10,378 nucleotides of DNA. It comes from Breznakia blatticola. Lineage in GTDB: Bacteria; Bacillota_I; Bacilli_A; Erysipelotrichales; Erysipelotrichaceae. The notes under the pieces are model-generated. The model was not told where the DNA came from. It saw nothing but the letters and a program-made list of their open reading frames with translations, and ran no database searches. Where the stretch lies: the NCBI RefSeq assembly GCF_004365815.1, contig NZ_SODD01000061.1, forward strand, positions 1-10,378, in the 5' to 3' direction. This document shows, one piece after another, positions 1 to 6,676 of this stretch (position 1 is the stretch's first letter; the number at the start of each line of letters is the position of its first letter). The position numbers and the translations under genes are program-made.

Positions 1-92
1 GTGATTAATACATATGTAGCGCCGTATACGAGAACCGTACGTACGGTGCAATGGGAGGGGCGAAAGAATATATTTCTTTCCCTCTACCCTAT
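1..92 (+). mobile_element. 3' terminus (domain V + domain VI) of a group II intron, class C-like; the rest of the intron lies left of the window
   Basis: nt 19-49 GCGCCGTATACGAGAACCGTACGTACGGTGC folds as a textbook domain V hairpin: G19-C49 through T27.G41, a 2-nt A39-C40 bulge, A28-T38, C29-G37 and a short purine-rich loop. Both arms (CGCCGTATAC / GTACGTACGGTG) match domain V of the Oceanobacillus iheyensis group IIC intron as I recall it. The catalytic triad is CGC (class C hallmark) rather than AGC. nt 53-89 fold as a domain VI-like hairpin: GGG53-55/CCC87-89, AGGGG56-60/CCTCT81-85, GAAAGAA62-68/TTCTTTC74-80, with unpaired A86 on the 3' strand as the candidate branch point. The 3' splice site is placed about 6-7 nt after A86 (...CCCTAT, about nt 92), with a boundary uncertainty of +/-3 nt. 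Confidence 0.7.
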
Positions 93-2014
93 TTGAACTC
101 TGATGCAATCGCTTCATTTAATAAGCGCATAAAGTTTTGATAGGTTAAGTTTTCTAGTAATTGTTTTACATAGGTATCGTTCGATACAAATAATGATAAA
201 TAATGCCAAAATTGGAATGCTCTAGGATTGTTCTTTTCGGTACTTACCATAAAAATAATCTGTACGTTTTGATTTTCCCCCCATTCGATTTCATTTTCAA
301 GTAGTGCCATAGCTACAAATGTTTCATCAGTTGTTGGTGCTAATGGGTGAGGCATACTGATTTTTGAACCATAATATGTGTTTCCAACACTTTCACGATC
401 CATAACCGATTGTCGAAAAGAGTCATCAAGATGAAATGTTTTTTCTGCTAAGTGAAACAGCTTTTGAAGTACTTCATCTTTACTTTTTGCTTTTCCAATA
501 TAGACAAGTTCGTTTCTGAACTTACTTAGTACTGCATTTGCACTTGTAAAACCGTAAAGTGCATGGTTGATACGAATATAATCTTCGTCGTTTGGAAATA
601 AGTTGATTTTTACAACTGCACCACTATATGCATCATCATCAAAGTCATCAGTAGTAAAAATAGCATCGAAATCCATTAAATGTTCAACTGCTTCATTTGG
701 ACGGATAAAGACAAGATTTTGAATTTGATTTTTAAACCAGTGCATAAATTTTTGGCGTATCAAAATTGTTTCTGATTGACGTAAAGTGGTAATAATTAAG
801 ATATTCTTTGCATCTTCACCAACCTTCAAGTTATCTAAACTGTAATTGAAATATAAAGATAAAAAGGTGATTTCATCATCTGATACAACTAAGTCGTAAT
901 GATTTTGTAAAAGATGTGCAAAGTAGGATGCGATATCTGTGGCTAGAGGAAAAGATACTTTAATTTCTCTAGCCATTTTACTTTTTTGTTGCATACCATA
1001 ACGAATGCGATGTAGTAAAGGAACTAAATGCATAGATAAAGATATTTTTAAGTCGACATCATTGGTGAAATCAACTGCAAACTTTTCAAGTATGCACTCT
1101 AATGTATATTGAATAAACTCGTTCGTCTCTTTTGAAATTAACGTGTTTTTATTATACTCACTCTTTCCAAGTAAATTGGTTGTTAAATGGATGATTTCAT
1201 TTTCCAAATGTGCTGCTTGCAAGTGTTCACTACTTACAATGAATGCTTCGAGTATTTGTTTTGCTATTGCATATTCTTTGAGTTGTTTAATGTCGGGATA
1301 ATTCGATGGTTCCATAATCATGTTACCACTACGAATTCGACTAAGTGTAATCAGAATATGAACTACAAGATTCTCAAGTAATGTATCGGATGTTCGATAT
1401 TCATTTTCTAATAAAATATTAGATAGTATTTCTGATATTCTGGCAATGTTTTGAATGTTCACCGTTCGATCTTGGTTTATCTCATGTTCCTCTAATGTAT
1501 ATAAGTTTTCCTTAATTAAACATAAGCGCATATCTTTTTCTAAACCAACAATGTAATAACCGAATTGCTTTTTTTGTTCAACATGCAAATCATATTTGCT
1601 TAAGACAGCTTCAACTTCCTTTAAATCTGAATAAAATGTGGATTCTGAAATATATAGACGGTCAATGATTTTCCATTTTGTAATATAGGTGTGATCAAAA
1701 AGTAAGAGAATGATTTTCTTCACGCGAAGAAGTTGTTCGTCTTCATAATGAGAAAGAGTTTGTAAATCATTACAGATGTTTATAAATGCATCTTGTTCTG
1801 CTTTTGAATCATAAATCACAATATATCCTTTCGAAGGAACGGATTGTATATGTGTATTTGGATAATTTGACTCTAAGAATAAACGAATGGTTTGCATATC
1901 ATTCTTAATTGATCGGCTACTAACTTTAAATAATTCTGATAGCGCTGCAGAAGAAATGTATTCATTTGTATTTGCTAATTGTTGCATAATTTTAAATTGT
2001 CGATTTGATAACAT
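89..2014 (-). CDS. PRD-domain PTS-controlled transcriptional regulator (MtlR/LicR/ManR-type activator architecture)
   Basis: 641-aa ORF with AGGAGG (2020-2025, minus) 5 nt upstream of the ATG at 2014. It has an N-terminal HTH (residues about 1-60). Two PRD-like modules carry conserved His (LVVHILITLSRIRSG with H219; SMHLVPLLHRIRYG with H329/H335). An EIIB-like segment spans residues about 403-490. The C-terminal PTS EIIA-2 (mannitol/fructose-type) domain contains SMPHPLAP (H556). The gene is divergent from a PTS operon, the usual arrangement for such regulators. Confidence 0.85.
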   Translation of the reverse strand: MLSNRQFKIMQQLANTNEYISSAALSELFKVSSRSIKNDMQTIRLFLESNYPNTHIQSVPSKGYIVIYDSKAEQDAFINICNDLQTLSHYEDEQLLRVKKIILLLFDHTYITKWKIIDRLYISESTFYSDLKEVEAVLSKYDLHVEQKKQFGYYIVGLEKDMRLCLIKENLYTLEEHEINQDRTVNIQNIARISEILSNILLENEYRTSDTLLENLVVHILITLSRIRSGNMIMEPSNYPDIKQLKEYAIAKQILEAFIVSSEHLQAAHLENEIIHLTTNLLGKSEYNKNTLISKETNEFIQYTLECILEKFAVDFTNDVDLKISLSMHLVPLLHRIRYGMQQKSKMAREIKVSFPLATDIASYFAHLLQNHYDLVVSDDEITFLSLYFNYSLDNLKVGEDAKNILIITTLRQSETILIRQKFMHWFKNQIQNLVFIRPNEAVEHLMDFDAIFTTDDFDDDAYSGAVVKINLFPNDEDYIRINHALYGFTSANAVLSKFRNELVYIGKAKSKDEVLQKLFHLAEKTFHLDDSFRQSVMDRESVGNTYYGSKISMPHPLAPTTDETFVAMALLENEIEWGENQNVQIIFMVSTEKNNPRAFQFWHYLSLFVSNDTYVKQLLENLTYQNFMRLLNEAIASEFK

Positions 2015-2178
2015 GTCTTCCTCCTTTTTGACGCAATCATCTTTGTAACTTACTCATAGTATAGCAAAAATAAAAAATTGAAATTTTTATTTGTTGCACC
2101 AAGTATGGGGAAAATAATGAAAATCTTGTTGCTTTATTGCATGCTAGTATGAAATCAAGCCAAGGCGAGTAAGGAGGA
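2015..2178. promoter_or_regulatory. Divergent control region between the PRD regulator and the PTS operon
   Basis: Minus strand: an extended -10 TGcTATACT (TATACT = 2058-2063) is a candidate regulator promoter. Plus strand has only weak sigma-A candidates (TTGTTG 2126-2131, 16 nt spacer, TATGAA 2148-2153), consistent with activator dependence. There is an imperfect palindrome TTGtTGCAcCAA at 2091-2102. Two tandem units each begin TTGTTGC and end ATGAAA(A)TC (2091-2125 and 2126-2156). I did not find a terminator hairpin or RAT-like element in the leader. Confidence 0.4.
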
Positions 2179-2586
2179 ATGAACTTGAATAATAACGATC
2201 TACATATATTACTTCTCACGCACGGGAAAGCAGGGGAAGCATTGATGGAAAGTGCAGAAATGATTGCTGGGGAACTCAGTAATGTACATGCACTATCACT
2301 CATGCCAGGGACATCACCAGAAACATATAAAGAAGAAGTGAAGGAACAATTATCTACATTTCATGGAGATATATTAATCTTTTGCGATATCTTTGGTGGG
2401 ACACCATCGTATGTGGCAGCTGAATTAGCCACAGATTATAAAATCAGTTTATTAAGTGGTTTGAACTTAGCGATGCTACTTGAAGCATGCTTAAGTAAAA
2501 CATATGACAATTTTGCGAACTTCGTTACGAAAGTAAAAGAAGCAGGGGATGCATCAGTTGTCTTAATCCAAAGTGAGAATACATAG
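2179..2586 (+). CDS. PTS mannose/fructose/sorbose-family EIIA component
   Basis: 135 aa. LLLTHGKAGEALMESAEMIAG contains the EIIA-Man active-site THG His, and CDIFGGTPSY matches the family GG(S/T)P motif. AAGGAGG at 2171-2177 lies only 1 nt from ATG 2179. The in-frame TTG at 2185 has 7-nt spacing and may be the true start. Confidence 0.9.
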   Translation: MNLNNNDLHILLLTHGKAGEALMESAEMIAGELSNVHALSLMPGTSPETYKEEVKEQLSTFHGDILIFCDIFGGTPSYVAAELATDYKISLLSGLNLAMLLEACLSKTYDNFANFVTKVKEAGDASVVLIQSENT

Positions 2587-2600
2587 AAAGGAGGTATAAA

Positions 2601-3089
2601 ATGAACGAAATTAAATTAGCAAGAGTAGATTTTCGTTTGATGCATGGACAAGTAATTACCAATTGGGTAAAGCAAGTTGCTGCAAATCATATTCTTGTGG
2701 TTGATGAGGAGTTGGAGAAAAATCAATTTATGGCGCAAGTTTATCTGATGGCAGCTCCTCCAGGAATCAAGGTGAATATTTTATCACCAGAAAGAGCAGT
2801 AAAGAATCTTGTTGCCGGAAAGTTTAGTCAAAAGAATCTACTGATACTTTTTAAGAGTGTCGAAAGTGTAAAGGAAACATTTGATCGTGGTTTGCAATTG
2901 TGCGAACTTCAAATTGGTGGACTTGGAAGTGGGACTGGTCGTGTAATGATTTCAAATCAATTGTCATTAGATGAAAAAGAAGCAGGACTTCTAAAAGAAA
3001 TGGCAGATAAAGGCGTCGAAATTTATTTTCAAGCAGTTCCAAAAGAACCAAGAATTGGACTGGATAAAGCATTAGAGAAAATGGGGTAA
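2601..3089 (+). CDS. PTS mannose/fructose/sorbose-family EIIB component
   Basis: 162 aa. The N-terminal ARVDFRLMHGQVITNW matches the EIIB-Man phospho-His motif (R-x-D-x-R-L-x-H-G-Q-V). RBS GAAAGGAGG precedes the ATG. Confidence 0.9.
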   Translation: MNEIKLARVDFRLMHGQVITNWVKQVAANHILVVDEELEKNQFMAQVYLMAAPPGIKVNILSPERAVKNLVAGKFSQKNLLILFKSVESVKETFDRGLQLCELQIGGLGSGTGRVMISNQLSLDEKEAGLLKEMADKGVEIYFQAVPKEPRIGLDKALEKMG

Positions 3090-3104
3090 AAAGGAGAACA
3101 TAAC

Positions 3105-3878
3105 ATGAATATAGTATTAGCATTAGTAGTAGGGATTATATATTGGTTAGCAACAAATAAAATCTGGTATGGAACGCAACATATTGTTAGACAACCGCTA
3201 TTTCTAGCTGTTCCATTGGGGCTAATCATGGGAGATGTGGAAACCGCAATGAAAATTGGGGCTGCACTCCAACTAATTTACTTAGGAGCAATTGCACCTG
3301 GTGGAAACTTACCAGCAGATGAAGCACTTGCTGCCTGTATTACGATTCCTGTCGCTATCGAAGCAGGAATTGATCCATCAATGGCAGTAACGATTGCCAT
3401 GCCAATTGGTCTATTAGGAGTATTACTTGATAACTTAAGAAAAACATATGCATCAGTGTGGGTGCGCATGGCAGATAAAGCAGCAAAAGAAGGAGATATG
3501 AAGAAAGCAAGACTTGCTCAATTTTGGTATCCATTAATTGTGTCAATTCCATTACGTGTCATTCCTACAACTGCTGCATTACTTGTAGGTACTACAGCAG
3601 TAGCAGCATTTTTAAACTCGATTCCAGCATGGGCAATTAATGGTTTATCTGTAGCTGGTGGAATTCTTCCTGCTTTAGGATTTGCAGTAACGATTCAAGT
3701 AATAGGAAAGAAATCATTGATTCCATATTTCTTACTTGGATTTATTATTTTCACATATGCAGGAATTAACATTATTTCAATTGCCTTAATTGGTGTTTGT
3801 TTAGCAATCATTCAATCAAAATTTGCACAAACTGATGATTTGCCAAATGTGCAACAAAGTGAAGGAGATTTATTATGA
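3105..3878 (+). CDS. PTS mannose/fructose/sorbose-family EIIC membrane component
   Basis: 257-aa polytopic hydrophobic protein. Segments RQPLFLAVPLGLIMGD and LIYLGAIAPGGNLPADEALAA resemble ManY/SorA-type EIIC. RBS AAAAGGAG precedes the ATG. The stop overlaps the next start (ATGA at 3875-3878), indicating translational coupling. Confidence 0.9.
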   Translation: MNIVLALVVGIIYWLATNKIWYGTQHIVRQPLFLAVPLGLIMGDVETAMKIGAALQLIYLGAIAPGGNLPADEALAACITIPVAIEAGIDPSMAVTIAMPIGLLGVLLDNLRKTYASVWVRMADKAAKEGDMKKARLAQFWYPLIVSIPLRVIPTTAALLVGTTAVAAFLNSIPAWAINGLSVAGGILPALGFAVTIQVIGKKSLIPYFLLGFIIFTYAGINIISIALIGVCLAIIQSKFAQTDDLPNVQQSEGDLL

Positions 3879-4720
3879 GTACAAACAAACTAACAAAAAA
3901 AGATATAACAAAAGCATGGGCACGTTACTATGCAGGAGTTGAAGTAAGTGCGAGCTATGAAAGAATGACTGCACTTGGTTTTTCAAATGGTATGACACCA
4001 ATTTTAAATAAATTGTATGCAAATAATCCTGAGGAATTAAAAAAAGCATATGAACGCCACTTGATGTTTTATAACTGTGAAGCAACATGGGGGTCAATGA
4101 TCTTTGGAATTGTTGGGGCATTAGAAGAAGAACGTTCCATTATGTTGGATCAAGGGGTTTCAACAGAAGAGATTGATCAATATACAGATATTATCTCTAA
4201 CTTAAAAGTGGGACTTATGGGACCACTTGCGGGAATTGGAGATACGATCAATCACGGAACCATTCGTCCGATTTTGATGTCATTATTTATTCCGCTTGCT
4301 GAAACAGGTTTCTGGGGAGCAGGAATCTTACCATTCGCTATTTGGGGAGTTGTAATTAGTGCGTTAGGATATTTTCTAAATGTAAAAGGGTACACGTTAG
4401 GAAAAGATTCAATTATGAATGTCTTACAATCTGGTCGTATCAATCAAATGATTAATACGTGTAGTGTACTAGGATTGTTTATGATGGGTGCACTTTCAGC
4501 TTCGTATGTAAAATTGTCTACTATCATTTCGTGGAGTGATGCAGTTGGAAATGAAAGTACGTTACAAGCAGTGTTGGATAACATTTTCCCTAACTTGTTG
4601 CCACTAGCTGCAGTATTTGCAATATATTTCTATATTAAAAAAGCAGGTCCAAAATACATTCGTATTTTATTAGGAATTATCGTATTTTCGTTAGTGTTTG
4701 CATTCTTTGGAATTGTTTAG
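3875..4720 (+). CDS. PTS mannose/fructose/sorbose-family EIID membrane component
   Basis: 281 aa. The N-terminal LTKKDITKAWARYY...SASYERMTALGF matches the ManZ/SorM EIID signature (KKD...W.R......NYERMQ.LGF). The C-terminal half is hydrophobic. Confidence 0.9.
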   Translation: MSTNKLTKKDITKAWARYYAGVEVSASYERMTALGFSNGMTPILNKLYANNPEELKKAYERHLMFYNCEATWGSMIFGIVGALEEERSIMLDQGVSTEEIDQYTDIISNLKVGLMGPLAGIGDTINHGTIRPILMSLFIPLAETGFWGAGILPFAIWGVVISALGYFLNVKGYTLGKDSIMNVLQSGRINQMINTCSVLGLFMMGALSASYVKLSTIISWSDAVGNESTLQAVLDNIFPNLLPLAAVFAIYFYIKKAGPKYIRILLGIIVFSLVFAFFGIV

Positions 4721-4729
4721 GAGGTTAAG

Positions 4730-5530
4730 ATGGGTAAACAGTGGTTAGATTTAAGTGATAAAGTAGTAATCGTTACTGGTGGTAGTATGGGAATTGGTGA
4801 AGCAATGGTTGAAGACTTAGCAGGAAATGGTGCCAAAGTTGTAATTGCCGATTATGCAAAACCAAGTAAAACATATGATGAAAAACAAGTGTTGTATGTT
4901 CCATGCGATATCACAAAAAAAGAAGAAGTGGAAAATGTTGTTACCAAAACCATGGAAGCATTTGGTAAAATCGATGGACTTGTAAATAATGCAGGTGTTA
5001 CGCGTCCAAGAGTTTTAGTAGATTACTTCGAAAAAGAAAAGAAATATGAGTTAAACGAAGAAGACTTCGATTTCATGGTAAATGTAAATCAAAAAGGTAC
5101 ATTCTTATTTGCGCAAGCAGTAACTCGAGTTATGTATAAACAAAAATCAGGAGTTATTATTAATATGTCTTCTGAAGCGGGTATTCAAGGTTCGCGTGCA
5201 CATAGTGCATATTCAGGAACGAAAGCAGCAATTCATGCATATGGATTATCATGGGCAAAAGAGTTGGGACCATATAATATTCGTGTTGTGGGTGTAGAAC
5301 CAGCAATTTTAGATCGTACACCTGCAAATAATGATGAGAAATATGCGGCACAAGCATATGGTCGTGGACAAGATCCAAATAAATTTTATGGAAACTATGA
5401 AAAATCAATTCCATTAGGTCGTCCAGGACACTTGTATGAAGTAGCAAATTTAATTAGTTATCTTGTTTCTGATCATGCAAGTTACATCACAGGAACAACG
5501 ATTGCTATTACTGGGGGAAAATCAAAGTAA
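4730..5530 (+). CDS. SDR-family NAD-dependent dehydrogenase, resembling sorbose-operon glucitol(sorbitol)-6-phosphate 2-dehydrogenases
   Basis: 266 aa. It has the TGGSMGIG cofactor motif, Asp at the end of beta2 (VVIADY, suggesting NAD preference), NNAG, and catalytic Ser (NMSSEAG) plus YSGTK (Y-x3-K). The N-terminus QWLDLSDKVVIVTGG resembles the WLNLKDKV..VTGG start of SorD-type enzymes as I recall them. RBS TAGGAGG precedes the ATG. Confidence 0.8.
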   Translation: MGKQWLDLSDKVVIVTGGSMGIGEAMVEDLAGNGAKVVIADYAKPSKTYDEKQVLYVPCDITKKEEVENVVTKTMEAFGKIDGLVNNAGVTRPRVLVDYFEKEKKYELNEEDFDFMVNVNQKGTFLFAQAVTRVMYKQKSGVIINMSSEAGIQGSRAHSAYSGTKAAIHAYGLSWAKELGPYNIRVVGVEPAILDRTPANNDEKYAAQAYGRGQDPNKFYGNYEKSIPLGRPGHLYEVANLISYLVSDHASYITGTTIAITGGKSK

Positions 5531-5533
5531 ATT

Positions 5534-6592
5534 ATGATGGAAGAAAATATTGTCATCATAGGAGCAGGACAAACTGGGCGAGGATTTCTCGCCCCACTTG
5601 TTAAACAAAACAAACATACTAAAATTACGTTTATTGATAAAGATGAAAAACGTATACAAATGTTACGTGAAAAAAAGTCATACACAATATCGTACTACGA
5701 TGCAACAACTGAAGATGTAGTAATCACAGATTTTGATGCATATACACTTTTCGATAAAAAGGCAATTGAAGTAATTGCAAATGCGGATTTAGTTCTTGTT
5801 AGCGTAGGTGGAGAAAATCTTGTTGATCTTATAGAGACATTTAAGGAAGCAACAAAGATACGTACAAAGAATAAACTACGTATTGTTTGTTGTGAGAATG
5901 GGGTTCATGTAAAAGAGCCATTGGTTAAAGCAAATATTGATGCGTATATCAGTGAAGGTGCAGTATTTTGTACAACATTAGCTAGTGATGATCAGTCTTT
6001 AACATTAGGTAGTCAAGTGTATCCCAATCTACCATACGATATTCATGCTTTAGATCAACCGATTGCGCTTGATGGATTCAAAGCGGAAAATGATTTTGCA
6101 TCTTTGATTCAAAGAAAAATCTATACGTACAATTGTTTGAGTGCTTGCATAGCGTATGTTGGTGCGTATAAAGGTTATACGAGTTATGCGCAAGCAGCAA
6201 ATGATGAGGATGTATCAAACATGATGGATGAGTTGCTTGTGCAACTCGATGATGCCATCCGTCAAGAGTATCAAATTTCTTTGGAGGAACAACAAACTTT
6301 TTCAGCATATGCAATCGCAAAGTTTAAAAATACATATATTGTAGATACTATTGCGCGAAATGCACGTACAGTACAGCGAAAAGTTGGAATAAGTGAACGA
6401 ATGGTTCAGCCGCTTAATCTATGTAGAAAATATGGTAAAGATACATCTGTATTGGAAGCGATGATAGCTTATGCATTTTATTATGGTGTACATACAGAAA
6501 ACGAATCGTTAACTGAATTAATTGCAATTAGTGGAATTGCAGATGATGAAAAACTTTATCAAAATATTATGCATGTATATCACACGTTATAA
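5534..6592 (+). CDS. Mannitol-dehydrogenase-family protein (divergent MtlD-like, probable sugar-phosphate/polyol-phosphate oxidoreductase)
   Basis: 352 aa. It aligns by eye with E. coli MtlD at four segments: IIGAGQTGRGF (GAGNIGRGF), IVCCENGV (IIACENMV), IQRKIYTYNCLSACIAYVG (VERKLFTLNTGHAITAYLG) and ARNARTVQRKV (ERVGRQPLRKL). The start lies 3 nt after the SDR stop and has only a weak SD. Confidence 0.75.
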   Translation: MMEENIVIIGAGQTGRGFLAPLVKQNKHTKITFIDKDEKRIQMLREKKSYTISYYDATTEDVVITDFDAYTLFDKKAIEVIANADLVLVSVGGENLVDLIETFKEATKIRTKNKLRIVCCENGVHVKEPLVKANIDAYISEGAVFCTTLASDDQSLTLGSQVYPNLPYDIHALDQPIALDGFKAENDFASLIQRKIYTYNCLSACIAYVGAYKGYTSYAQAANDEDVSNMMDELLVQLDDAIRQEYQISLEEQQTFSAYAIAKFKNTYIVDTIARNARTVQRKVGISERMVQPLNLCRKYGKDTSVLEAMIAYAFYYGVHTENESLTELIAISGIADDEKLYQNIMHVYHTL

Positions 6593-6597
6593 CTAAG

Positions 6598-6637
6598 AAC
6601 CTATATATGGTTGTGTTCCATATATAGGTTTTCTTTA
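6598..6637 (+). terminator. Rho-independent terminator of the PTS/dehydrogenase operon
   Basis: A perfect 13-bp stem AACCTATATATGG (6598-6610) / CCATATATAGGTT (6618-6630) with a 7-nt loop, followed by TTTTCTTT. Confidence 0.85.
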
Positions 6638-6638
6638 T

Positions 6639-6672
6639 AAAAAAACGTGTGCTTCATTGTAGAAGCAACACG
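6639..6672 (-). terminator. Rho-independent terminator of trpS
   Basis: On the minus strand, CGTGTTGCTTC / GAAGCACACG form the stem (6646-6655 with 6662-6672, one bulged base) with a 6-nt loop. A U7 tract follows (A7 at 6639-6645 on the plus strand). It lies 4 nt after the trpS stop. Confidence 0.75.
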
Positions 6673-6676
6673 CTAT

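Noticed and set aside
21-47. Perfect palindromes CGTATACG (23-30) and ACCGTACGTACGGT (34-47) as a possible operator or restriction-site cluster
   Set aside because: They are the two arms of the group II intron domain V hairpin. The palindromic appearance is a by-product of that conserved RNA sequence.
53-89. Hairpin 53-89 as a conventional rho-independent terminator of the PRD regulator gene
   Set aside because: Neither strand has a U-tract after the stem. The bulged-A geometry, and its position directly after domain V, fit intron domain VI better. It might still impede transcription, but that is not demonstrable from the sequence.
2090-2156. Possible sigma-54 (-24 TGGCAC / -12 TTGCA) promoter suggested by TTGCAC and TTGCAT strings upstream of the Man-family PTS
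   Set aside because: There is no GG-N10-GC arrangement with correct spacing. The adjacent regulator also lacks a sigma-54-interacting AAA+ (LevR-type) domain, since it is HTH-PRD-PRD-EIIB-EIIA.
2115-2165. Candidate catabolite-responsive element (cre) around TGAAAATCTTGTTG / TGAAATCAAGCCAA
   Set aside because: Both candidates lack the central CG and the symmetric ends of the TGWAANCGNTNWCA consensus. Matches at this level are expected by chance in AT-rich DNA.
6598-6672. Adjacent inverted repeats as possible terminal repeats of a small mobile element
   Set aside because: Each hairpin is followed by a T-run on the appropriate strand. Each also sits directly after a stop codon of the convergent genes (the dehydrogenase operon and trpS). 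They are therefore ordinary back-to-back terminators.
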